The notes beneath the pieces were generated by a model that had not been told where the DNA came from, did no database searches, and was given only the letters and a program-made list of their open reading frames with translations. Shown here piece by piece: positions 8,139-15,633 of a DNA stretch of 36,126 bases. Made by a program: the position numbers and the translations under genes. The DNA comes from an uncultured bacterium. Lineage in GTDB: Bacteria > Acidobacteriota > Aminicenantia > Aminicenantales > Aminicenantaceae. How positions within the stretch are numbered: the first letter of the stretch is position 1; each line of letters opens with the position of its first letter. The DNA lies in contig CBDVEQ010000003.1 in assembly GCA_965373045.1 (NCBI GenBank), positions 1 to 36,126 of the forward strand. Reading direction: 5' to 3'.

Positions 8139-8696
8139 GTGAAAAAAGCATTCATAAAAGGCACGATCCTGCAGTTTCTGGTGCTGTTCGGCCTGTGGCT
8201 TCTGCTAAGCGGAAAATATGATCTATTCCACATAACGATCGGTTTTTTTTCCGCCCTTCTTGTTACCCTCATCCATATCCGTATCAACAGACATCTGTAT
8301 TACAGCCTGGAGATCGCGAAGGAACATACTCTCAACTATAGGCGCTTTTTGTTTTATGTCCCATGGCTGGTCTGGCAGATCGTACTGGCCAGCCTTCAGG
8401 TGGCCTATGTGGTCCTCCATCCGAAAACGCCCATCAATCCAAGCCTGGTACGGTTTAAAACCAAGCTGCCCAATGTTGCGGCCAAGGTGATCCTGGGAAA
8501 CTCCATCACTTTGACGCCGGGAACATTGACCATACTCATTGAAGACGATGAGTTTCTGGTACATGCCCTGATGGATGTTTCTCATTCCAGCCTCGTTGAT
8601 GGGACGCTGCCGAGACAGGTGGCCAAACTCTATCAACGCAGGCCTTCTACGGTCATCGACGATGTTCGGATTGAAAAGAGGATTAAGAGAAGATAA
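8139..8696 (+). CDS. mrpE: Multisubunit Na+/H+ antiporter subunit E
   Basis: LWLLLSG, WLVWQIVLASLQVA, LGNSITLTPGTLT, LVHAL; GTG 8139 chosen over 8103. Confidence 0.92.
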   Translation: MKKAFIKGTILQFLVLFGLWLLLSGKYDLFHITIGFFSALLVTLIHIRINRHLYYSLEIAKEHTLNYRRFLFYVPWLVWQIVLASLQVAYVVLHPKTPINPSLVRFKTKLPNVAAKVILGNSITLTPGTLTILIEDDEFLVHALMDVSHSSLVDGTLPRQVAKLYQRRPSTVIDDVRIEKRIKRR

Positions 8697-8968
8697 TGCA
8701 CGATATTTTAACGTATTTAGCGGTTGTTTTGACGATAATTATCTTTATTCCGCTTTACAGAGTACTGACCGGGCCCCGTATTATGGACCGTATGCTGGGG
8801 GCCGGAGCCATAGCCACCAAGACCATGGTCCTCATTCTGATCATCGGCTTCATTTTCGACAGGGAGGATATGTTTATCGATATCACTCTGGCTTATGCGG
8901 TTCTGAACTTTATTGGAGTTATTGCTGTCGCAAAATACATAAGTACCCGGGCAAGGAAACGGAAATGA
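8696..8968 (+). CDS. mrpF: Multisubunit Na+/H+ antiporter subunit F
   Basis: LYRVLTGPRIMDR, DITLAYAVLNFIG; three TM; TAATG coupling. Confidence 0.92.
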   Translation: MHDILTYLAVVLTIIIFIPLYRVLTGPRIMDRMLGAGAIATKTMVLILIIGFIFDREDMFIDITLAYAVLNFIGVIAVAKYISTRARKRK

Positions 8969-9291
8969 ATTTTTTTGACGTTTTAGCGGTGATATTGATC
9001 AGCGGCGGTGTGTTCTTTTTATTTATCGGCAGTATCGGATTGATCAGGCTGCCGGATTTTTTCTCCCGCTGCCATGCAACCGGAAAGGCTGATACACTGG
9101 GGGTTATGCTCGTCCTGGCCGGACTGATCGTCTATGAGGGGTTGACTTTAAACAGCGCTAAAATGTTGATCATCCTGGCTTTTGTTGCACTGACCAATCC
9201 TACAGCCACCCATGCCCTGGCACGTGCGGCATTTCTTTTTGGGGTCAAGCCGCGGTTTGTAGATAAACAAATAAAAAAGGCAGAGAAGTAA
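8965..9291 (+). CDS. mrpG: Multisubunit Na+/H+ antiporter subunit G
   Basis: GLIRLPDFFSRCHATGKADTLG, LTNPTATHALARAA; ATGA overlap gives true start 8965. Confidence 0.92.
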   Translation: MNFFDVLAVILISGGVFFLFIGSIGLIRLPDFFSRCHATGKADTLGVMLVLAGLIVYEGLTLNSAKMLIILAFVALTNPTATHALARAAFLFGVKPRFVDKQIKKAEK

Positions 9292-9537
9292 ATGCACTGG
9301 GAATTGGAGATTACGTTATTTATTGTGTTGATCATTGCTGCTCTTATCTCACTCACAGTCCGTAATCTTTTGACCGCAGTGGTCACTCTGACCGTTTTCA
9401 GTTTTGCCTCGGCCCTGCTATATGTGATCATGGGGGCTGTGGATGTGGGATTCACCGAAGCAGTGGTCGGGGGTGGAATAACCGGAGTCTTTATGGTCAT
9501 ACTGATATTTAAAACATCTCGAAGGAGCTCGGATTGA
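9292..9537 (+). CDS. DUF4040/MbhD-like subunit (equivalent to part of the MrpA C-terminus)
   Basis: MGAVDVGFTEAVVGGGIT; three TM; 81 aa. Confidence 0.85.
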   Translation: MHWELEITLFIVLIIAALISLTVRNLLTAVVTLTVFSFASALLYVIMGAVDVGFTEAVVGGGITGVFMVILIFKTSRRSSD

Positions 9538-9842
9538 AGCTTGTCAATTTTGGGATCATCATACTGTTCGGCCTCCTGCTGATCTATGCTTCTGCCGGAC
9601 TCCCAAACAGGGGTGATGCTGATGCGGTTTTGAACCGGGAAAAAAGTCCGACCGGTTCACAGAATGCTGCGGCCTACTATATCCGCAAATCATATGAAGA
9701 TGCCCATACGCCCAACATGGTGACAGCCATCCTTGCTGATTACAGGAGTTATGATACGTTGGGTGAAGAAACCGTTATCATGACAGCGGGGCTGGTCTGT
9801 TTTCTGCTTTTGAGGAAGAGACGAAAAGACAATGAAGATTAA
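9534..9842 (+). CDS. MbhE-like subunit (MrpA extreme C-terminus equivalent)
   Basis: PNMVTAILADYRSYDTLGEETV motif. Confidence 0.88.
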   Translation: MKLVNFGIIILFGLLLIYASAGLPNRGDADAVLNREKSPTGSQNAAAYYIRKSYEDAHTPNMVTAILADYRSYDTLGEETVIMTAGLVCFLLLRKRRKDNED

Positions 9843-10269
9843 TGAGGACAACCCCATCACGACACTGGTCAGTTCAGTCGTGGCGCCCTTTATTATGCTG
9901 TTCGGGCTCTATATCGTCTTCCACGGTCATTACAGTCCCGGAGGCGGGTTTCAAGGAGGGACAATGCTGGCTGCCAGCATCATCATTATACGACTTGCGC
10001 TGGGGAGTGATATCGGTCAACTGCAGTTTCCCAGCCGGCTGGGAACTCCGCTTGGGTCTTTGGGTGTTTTGATCTATTTCAGTACAGGGCTGACCGCTAT
10101 GTTTTTTGGGGGACGGTTCCTGGATTATTCTTTTCTTCCTGTAGCCCATACTCCATCGCATCAAAGGTCTCTGGGTATCCTGTTTGTTGAGATCGGTGTC
10201 GGCCTGGCTGTAATGGCCATCCTGGTTGCGATATATGATGATCTGCTTGGGGAGGAATCAGATGATTGA
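9832..10269 (+). CDS. mrpB: Multisubunit Na+/H+ antiporter subunit B (MnhB/MbhF)
   Basis: HGHYSPGGGFQGG; EIGVGLAV. Confidence 0.92.
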   Translation: MKINEDNPITTLVSSVVAPFIMLFGLYIVFHGHYSPGGGFQGGTMLAASIIIIRLALGSDIGQLQFPSRLGTPLGSLGVLIYFSTGLTAMFFGGRFLDYSFLPVAHTPSHQRSLGILFVEIGVGLAVMAILVAIYDDLLGEESDD

Positions 10270-10642
10270 TTTTATCACCGGCCATTATTCCTACTGGTTT
10301 ATTGCCGCTCTACTGCTCATAGGTCTGTATGGGATGGTTATCAAAAAAAATCTTGTTAAAAAAGTGATTGGAATGTCGATCTTTCAGGTTTCTATCATCC
10401 TGTTTTTTGTTGCCAGCGCTTCCAAATGGAATGCCACTGTTCCTATCTTGGAAAAGGGGTCACACACGGTTGACATAGCTTCCTACATTAATCCTCTACC
10501 GCACACTCTGATGCTGACTGCCATTGTTGTCGGTGTTGCTACAAGCGGTGTGGCTTTTGCTCTGATCATCCGGATCTTTCGGAGCTACAGGACGCTGGAA
10601 GAAACGACTTTAATGAAAAATTTGAGTGATGATGCAGAATAA
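10262..10642 (+). CDS. mrpC: Multisubunit Na+/H+ antiporter subunit C
   Basis: IGLYGMV, NLVKKVIG, NPLPHTLMLTAIVVG; GGAGG SD before ATG 10262. Confidence 0.92.
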   Translation: MIDFITGHYSYWFIAALLLIGLYGMVIKKNLVKKVIGMSIFQVSIILFFVASASKWNATVPILEKGSHTVDIASYINPLPHTLMLTAIVVGVATSGVAFALIIRIFRSYRTLEETTLMKNLSDDAE

Positions 10643-12131
10643 CACGGTTGCCCTGACTCCTCTGATCTTCCTGCTCGCAGGGATTGTTATCCCCCTGGTC
10701 GCTATAAAGATCCGCAGGCTGGCCTATCCTGTAGCACTTTTGGCCTCATCGAGCGCTGCCGCCGTGTCTGTTTATAACCTCGCTGCTGTCCTGAGGGCGG
10801 GAACCATTACTTATTTTTTCGGTGGATGGGCTCCTCCCATCGGCATCGAATATGTGCTGGATCCTTTGTCCGCATTTATGATCACGGTAATCAACAGCAT
10901 TGCTTTTATTGTCCTGATCCACTCCGGGAAGATCGTTGAAAAGGAGATTCCCAAACACAGGATCGTTCCCTATTATGCCCTTGTCATGCTGTTTCTGACC
11001 GGGTGCAATGGCATTGTGATGACCGGAGACCTGTTCAACCTGTATGTGTTTCTGGAGATAAGTTCATTATCCCTATATGGGATCATTGCGGTCGGCGAGA
11101 AAAAAGCTCCTATTGCTGCATTTCGCTATCTGATTATGGGAACGCTGGGAAGTGGTTTCTACCTCCTGGGAGTGGGATTCCTCTATATTTTCACGGGTTC
11201 TCTCAACATGGCGGATGTAGCGGGGATCCTGTCCGTTCTAGGAGCGCAGCCGGTTGTTATTGTCGCCCTTTCGCTGATGGTCCTGGGACTGGGGATCAAG
11301 ATGGCGATCTTTCCCCTGCATAGTTGGCTGCCCGATGCTTATACATATGCGCCGTCCGCCTCGTCATCTATCATGGCGCCTATTGGGGTAAAGATCGGAG
11401 CTTACGGGATATTACGGGTCCTGTTTTTTGTGTTCGGTCTCAAATTTGTCACGCAGGTATTTCCTATAACCCAGGTCATAGCCTGGTTGTCAGCAGCAGC
11501 CATTATTTATGGTTCTATAATGGCCATGGCACAGGATGAGATGAAAAGGATGCTGGCTTACAGCAGTATTTCACAGATCGGCTATATCGGATTGGGAATC
11601 GGTCTGGCCAATCCCTTCGGGATCATCGGAGCAGTGCTCCATGTCTTGAATCATGGATTGATGAAGGCATGCCTGTTTCTGGTCGCCGGGAACTTCCGGA
11701 CCAAACTGGGGCATTCAAAGATCAGTGAGTTTGATGATACGCTGAGGAAAAAAATGCCCTGGACCACAGCGGCTTTTGTGGTTGGGGCTCTTGCTATGAT
11801 AGGTATTCCGCCCACAGTGGGTTTTTTCAGCAAATGGTATCTTGCCCTTGGAACTATCCAGAACAAGAGCTGGCATTTTCTGGCTGTTATTCTTGTGAGC
11901 AGTCTGCTCAATGCCGTTTACTTTTTCCGGATCATTGAAAAGATCTTCTTTAAGCCGCTTGCAGAGAGAAAAAAAGCACAGGAGAGTTCTCCTCCCGGGA
12001 GAATGGAGGTCGCTTTATCCATGCTTGTGCCTACGCTGGTATTCGCCGCGGCCATTTTGGCATTCGGTCTTTTAAACGCGATTTTAGTCAAAGGGATTTT
12101 GTATAAGGTACTTCCGCCGGGATTGTTGTGA
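10629..12131 (+). CDS. mrpD: Antiporter-like subunit D, copy 1 (canonical MrpD/NuoN type)
   Basis: GGWAPPIGIE, DLFNLYVFLEI, KMAIFPLHSWLPDAY, KRMLAYSS, FFSKW. Confidence 0.92.
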   Translation: MMQNNTVALTPLIFLLAGIVIPLVAIKIRRLAYPVALLASSSAAAVSVYNLAAVLRAGTITYFFGGWAPPIGIEYVLDPLSAFMITVINSIAFIVLIHSGKIVEKEIPKHRIVPYYALVMLFLTGCNGIVMTGDLFNLYVFLEISSLSLYGIIAVGEKKAPIAAFRYLIMGTLGSGFYLLGVGFLYIFTGSLNMADVAGILSVLGAQPVVIVALSLMVLGLGIKMAIFPLHSWLPDAYTYAPSASSSIMAPIGVKIGAYGILRVLFFVFGLKFVTQVFPITQVIAWLSAAAIIYGSIMAMAQDEMKRMLAYSSISQIGYIGLGIGLANPFGIIGAVLHVLNHGLMKACLFLVAGNFRTKLGHSKISEFDDTLRKKMPWTTAAFVVGALAMIGIPPTVGFFSKWYLALGTIQNKSWHFLAVILVSSLLNAVYFFRIIEKIFFKPLAERKKAQESSPPGRMEVALSMLVPTLVFAAAILAFGLLNAILVKGILYKVLPPGLL

Positions 12132-12141
12132 GGATGTAGAC

Positions 12142-13635
12142 ATGCAGGAAATTTACAGCTCTACTGTTCCCTTTCTTGCGGTTCTGGTGTCCCTGGCCGC
12201 TGTTCCTTTGATCATTCTGAGCTCCAGGAAACCAAACCTCAGGGAATTCTGGTCAATTGCAGCCAGTGTCGCAAAATTCGGATTTGTACTTTCTCTGCTT
12301 CCGGGAGCCCTGCAGGGCCGGGTGGCGTCCATTCGACTTTTTGAGATCGTGCCAAATGTGCAGCTTGCGCTGAAGGCGGATGCCTTTGGTGTGTTCTTTG
12401 CGCTCATTGCTTCCGGCCTCTGGATCTTTACTTCCTTTTACTCCATAGGGTATGTTCGGGGTCTGGATGAGCATAAGCAGACCCGGTATTTTTCCTATTT
12501 TGCAGTCTGCCTCTCTGCCACCATAGGCATTGCATTTTCCGCTAATCTGGTCACATTTATCCTCTTTTATGAGATTTTGACTATCGCCACATATCCTCTG
12601 GTTATCCACAAGGAAACCAAGGTGGCGATTCATGCCGGCCGAAAATACCTGGCCTACACATTGACTGCAGGCGTGTTCCTTATTGCGGCAGCAGCCTGGA
12701 CATTCCAGTTGAATGGGAATCTGGATTTTGTTTCGGGAGGCCTGTTCAAGGGCCACACACTTACAGCCGGGACAATAGTCCCGCTCTTTTTCCTTTTTTT
12801 GATTGGTGTTGGTGTAAAGGCCTCTATTATGCCTTTGCATAGTTGGCTGCCGACGGCCATGGCAGCGCCCACTCCGGTCAGCGCGCTGTTGCATGCTGTA
12901 GCGGTCGTCAAGTCCGGCGTGTTCGGAGTGGTCCGGGTGGTCGCTTTTGTGTTTGGTCCGGTTCTGATGAGACAGTTCGGGCTGAATATCATTCTAATGG
13001 TTTTTGCAGGTTTCACAATTCTTGTGGGTTCACTTTTAGCCCTCAAGCAGGACAATCTGAAAAGACGGCTGGCCTATTCCACTATTGCCCATCTATCTTA
13101 TATTGTCCTGGGTGCAGGGCTTGTGGGGTCTACAGCTTTGATCGGAGGTATGCTCCATATTGCTTTTCATGCCACTATGAAAATAACACTGTGCTTCTGC
13201 GCCGGCGCAATCTATGTCAATTTACACAAGGAAAACATCAGCGAGCTCAATGGTATAGGGAAGGTTATGCCCTGGACCATGGGAGCTTTTGCCGTGGGGT
13301 CGATCGGACTGGCGGGTATTCCGCCTGTGAACGGTTTTATAAGCAAATGGTATCTGGGCGCGGGCGCAATTGAATCCGGGTATGTGATCTTTCTTGTCGT
13401 TCTGGTCTTGAGCGGAATTTTGAACGCAGCTTATTTTTTCCCCATTGTTCATAGGGCTTTTTTCCGCAGGGGACAGGGATTAAAAGATCACCACGAAGCC
13501 TCTCCCTTTTTGGTTGTCCCGCTGGTATTAACAGCCGTCCTTTCCGTGGCATTCGGGATCTATCCGGACCTGTTCTTTAAATTTTTTAAGCTGACAGCCC
13601 GGGCGGCGGCCGGCATTTTTGGAGGGATTTTGTGA
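12142..13635 (+). CDS. mrpD: Antiporter-like subunit, copy 2 (MrpD family with MrpA/NuoL-like features)
   Basis: FYEILT, KASIMPLHSWLPTAMAAPTPVSALLHAVAVVKSG, KRRLAYST, FISKW. Confidence 0.85.
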   Translation: MQEIYSSTVPFLAVLVSLAAVPLIILSSRKPNLREFWSIAASVAKFGFVLSLLPGALQGRVASIRLFEIVPNVQLALKADAFGVFFALIASGLWIFTSFYSIGYVRGLDEHKQTRYFSYFAVCLSATIGIAFSANLVTFILFYEILTIATYPLVIHKETKVAIHAGRKYLAYTLTAGVFLIAAAAWTFQLNGNLDFVSGGLFKGHTLTAGTIVPLFFLFLIGVGVKASIMPLHSWLPTAMAAPTPVSALLHAVAVVKSGVFGVVRVVAFVFGPVLMRQFGLNIILMVFAGFTILVGSLLALKQDNLKRRLAYSTIAHLSYIVLGAGLVGSTALIGGMLHIAFHATMKITLCFCAGAIYVNLHKENISELNGIGKVMPWTMGAFAVGSIGLAGIPPVNGFISKWYLGAGAIESGYVIFLVVLVLSGILNAAYFFPIVHRAFFRRGQGLKDHHEASPFLVVPLVLTAVLSVAFGIYPDLFFKFFKLTARAAAGIFGGIL

Positions 13636-13856
13636 TGAAGAAGTGGGGGATTATTGCCCTTGCTGTTTTGACGATATTGTCGCTGGCAGCAGGATTTTTT
13701 TCTTCAGGAGAGCACGGCCACGGTCATTGGTGGAATAATGTGCCTGGGTTTTTTATATTATTCGGATTAGCGGGGTGCATCCTGCTCATTCTCTTTTCTA
13801 AAAAAATCGGGAAACTGTTTTTGTTAAAAGACGAAGATTATTACGATGATAAATGA
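13632..13856 (+). CDS. Small two-TM protein inside the mrp operon
   Basis: Overlaps both neighbours; His-rich loop EHGHGHWW; acidic tail KDEDYYDDK. Confidence 0.8.
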   Translation: MMKKWGIIALAVLTILSLAAGFFSSGEHGHGHWWNNVPGFFILFGLAGCILLILFSKKIGKLFLLKDEDYYDDK

Positions 13857-15573
13857 TGTTGTGATCCCTCCGGCCCTTGTGATGCTTGCCGGGGCGTTTC
13901 TGCTCCCATTCCTGGGCAAGAAGATCCGGTCCGCTGCTTTTATGTTTATAACACTGGGGACCCTTCTCCTTGTCTGGACCATGCCCGAGGGAAGCACTCT
14001 GACCGCTCAGGTCATGAATTATAACCTGGTCCTGGTAAAAACCGATGCTTTAAGCCGCATATTCGGCATTATCTTTGCCTTTATCGCTTTTGCCGGGAGT
14101 ATCTATTCCTATCATATCAAAGAGACGGGGCAGCATTGTGCTGCTCTTGTTTATGCCGGGGGAGCTCTCGGAGTGACCTTTGCGGGAGACTTATTTACGC
14201 TTTTTATGTTCTGGGAACTCATGGCTGCCTCGTCGGTCTATCTGATATGGGCGCGGAGGAATAAAGCCGCCCGTAAAGCCGGATTACGGTATATTATTTA
14301 TCATGTGCTCGGGGGCGGGATTCTGTTTATGGGGATCCTGCTGCATTTTTCAGAGACAGGAAGCCTTGCCGTCACCAGGTTGACCGAGGGCGGAGGAATA
14401 TCGTCCTGGCTGATACTCCTGGGCGTAGCGATAAATGCCGCAATTCCCCCGCTGCATACATGGCTGTCCGATGCTTACCCAAAGGCGACTATCACCGGAG
14501 CGGTCTTTCTCAGTGCTTTCACGACCAAGACGGCCGTATATGTGCTGATACGGATCTTTCCAGGCTGGGAAGTTCTTCTTATTCTGGGAGCGATCATGAC
14601 CGTCTACGGCGTTGTTTTTGCGATCCTGGCCAATGACATCCGCGGTATTCTTGCCTACCATATCATAAGCCAGGTGGGTTACATGGTAGCTGGTGTCGGG
14701 ATCGGTACAGAGATGGCGCTTAACGGTTCTGCTGCCCATGCCTTCAGCCATATCCTCTATAAGGCGCTGCTCTTCATGGGGGCGGGGACGGTTCTATTTT
14801 CCACAGGTAAAAGTAAACTGACCGAACTGGGGGGACTCCACAAAAGTATGCGCCCGGCGCTGATATTCTACATGGTAGCCGCCTTTTCCATCTCCGGTTT
14901 TCCTCTTTTTAATGGATTTATCAGCAAGTCCATGATCGTTTCCGCTGCCGGTGAAGCCCATTATCAGCTAGCCATGTTTCTTATGTTGCTGGCGTCGGTG
15001 GGAACATTTCTGAGTGTCGGGCTTAAGCTGCCCTATTTTACATGGTTTGCCGGCGGCCAAAAGCTGAAGCCCAAAAAGCTTCCTAAAAATATGCTGGCTG
15101 CCATGGGGCTTGTTGCCTTTTTCTGCATTCTTCATGGGATCAGACCCTCTCTCCTTTATCAGCTTCTGCCTTTCCACGTCCATTTTATTCCATATTCCGT
15201 GCCTCATCTTGTAGAGACAGTCCAAATCCTGGCTTTTACTTTTATAGGGTTCTGGTTGTATCGAAAGAAGCTCAGCCCTCATGCAGATATTGCCCTGGAT
15301 CTCGACTGGTTTTACCGCCGTCCGGCCAAATCGCTGCGAGAGATCTTTGTAGATGGCACGGCTTCATTATTTGACAAGACTACAGACTGGACCATGGCTC
15401 TGGTCGGTAAAAGTATCGAGTTTGCAAGAAATCCGGTCTTGCCCTTTGCGCCGGACGAAAAAGATCGATCCTATTCCCCGGACCGCTCCCGCCCCAGAAT
15501 GCAAACCGTTATTTCCATCCTGCTTCTGGTTTTTATCCTTATTGTTCTTCTCGGCATCCTTGCATTGGGATAA
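13846..15573 (+). CDS. mrpD: Antiporter-like subunit, copy 3 (long, divergent MrpD family)
   Basis: FWELMA, INAAIPPLHTWLSDAY, TTKTAVY, LAYHIISQVGYM, FISKS; C-terminal extension DLDWFYRR plus final TM. Confidence 0.85.
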   Translation: MINDVVIPPALVMLAGAFLLPFLGKKIRSAAFMFITLGTLLLVWTMPEGSTLTAQVMNYNLVLVKTDALSRIFGIIFAFIAFAGSIYSYHIKETGQHCAALVYAGGALGVTFAGDLFTLFMFWELMAASSVYLIWARRNKAARKAGLRYIIYHVLGGGILFMGILLHFSETGSLAVTRLTEGGGISSWLILLGVAINAAIPPLHTWLSDAYPKATITGAVFLSAFTTKTAVYVLIRIFPGWEVLLILGAIMTVYGVVFAILANDIRGILAYHIISQVGYMVAGVGIGTEMALNGSAAHAFSHILYKALLFMGAGTVLFSTGKSKLTELGGLHKSMRPALIFYMVAAFSISGFPLFNGFISKSMIVSAAGEAHYQLAMFLMLLASVGTFLSVGLKLPYFTWFAGGQKLKPKKLPKNMLAAMGLVAFFCILHGIRPSLLYQLLPFHVHFIPYSVPHLVETVQILAFTFIGFWLYRKKLSPHADIALDLDWFYRRPAKSLREIFVDGTASLFDKTTDWTMALVGKSIEFARNPVLPFAPDEKDRSYSPDRSRPRMQTVISILLLVFILIVLLGILALG

Positions 15574-15580
15574 GCTCTTA

Positions 15581-15609
15581 TTGACAATTCTAAGACCAAT
15601 CTCTATTGT
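15581..15609 (+). promoter_or_regulatory. Putative sigma70 promoter for the APC-USP permease
   Basis: TTGACA (15581-15586), 17 nt, TATTGT (15604-15609). Confidence 0.7.
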
Positions 15610-15633
15610 AATTGAAAACTTTTTAGAGTGAAT

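Noticed and set aside
8575-8964. 238-aa extended MrpG
   Set aside because: The extension overlaps mrpE and mrpF in another frame; homology starts at ATG 8965
8139-15573. Energy-converting hydrogenase (Mbh/Ech/Hyf) or complex I operon
   Set aside because: No NiFe large/small subunit, Fe-S protein or NuoH homolog in or beside the cluster
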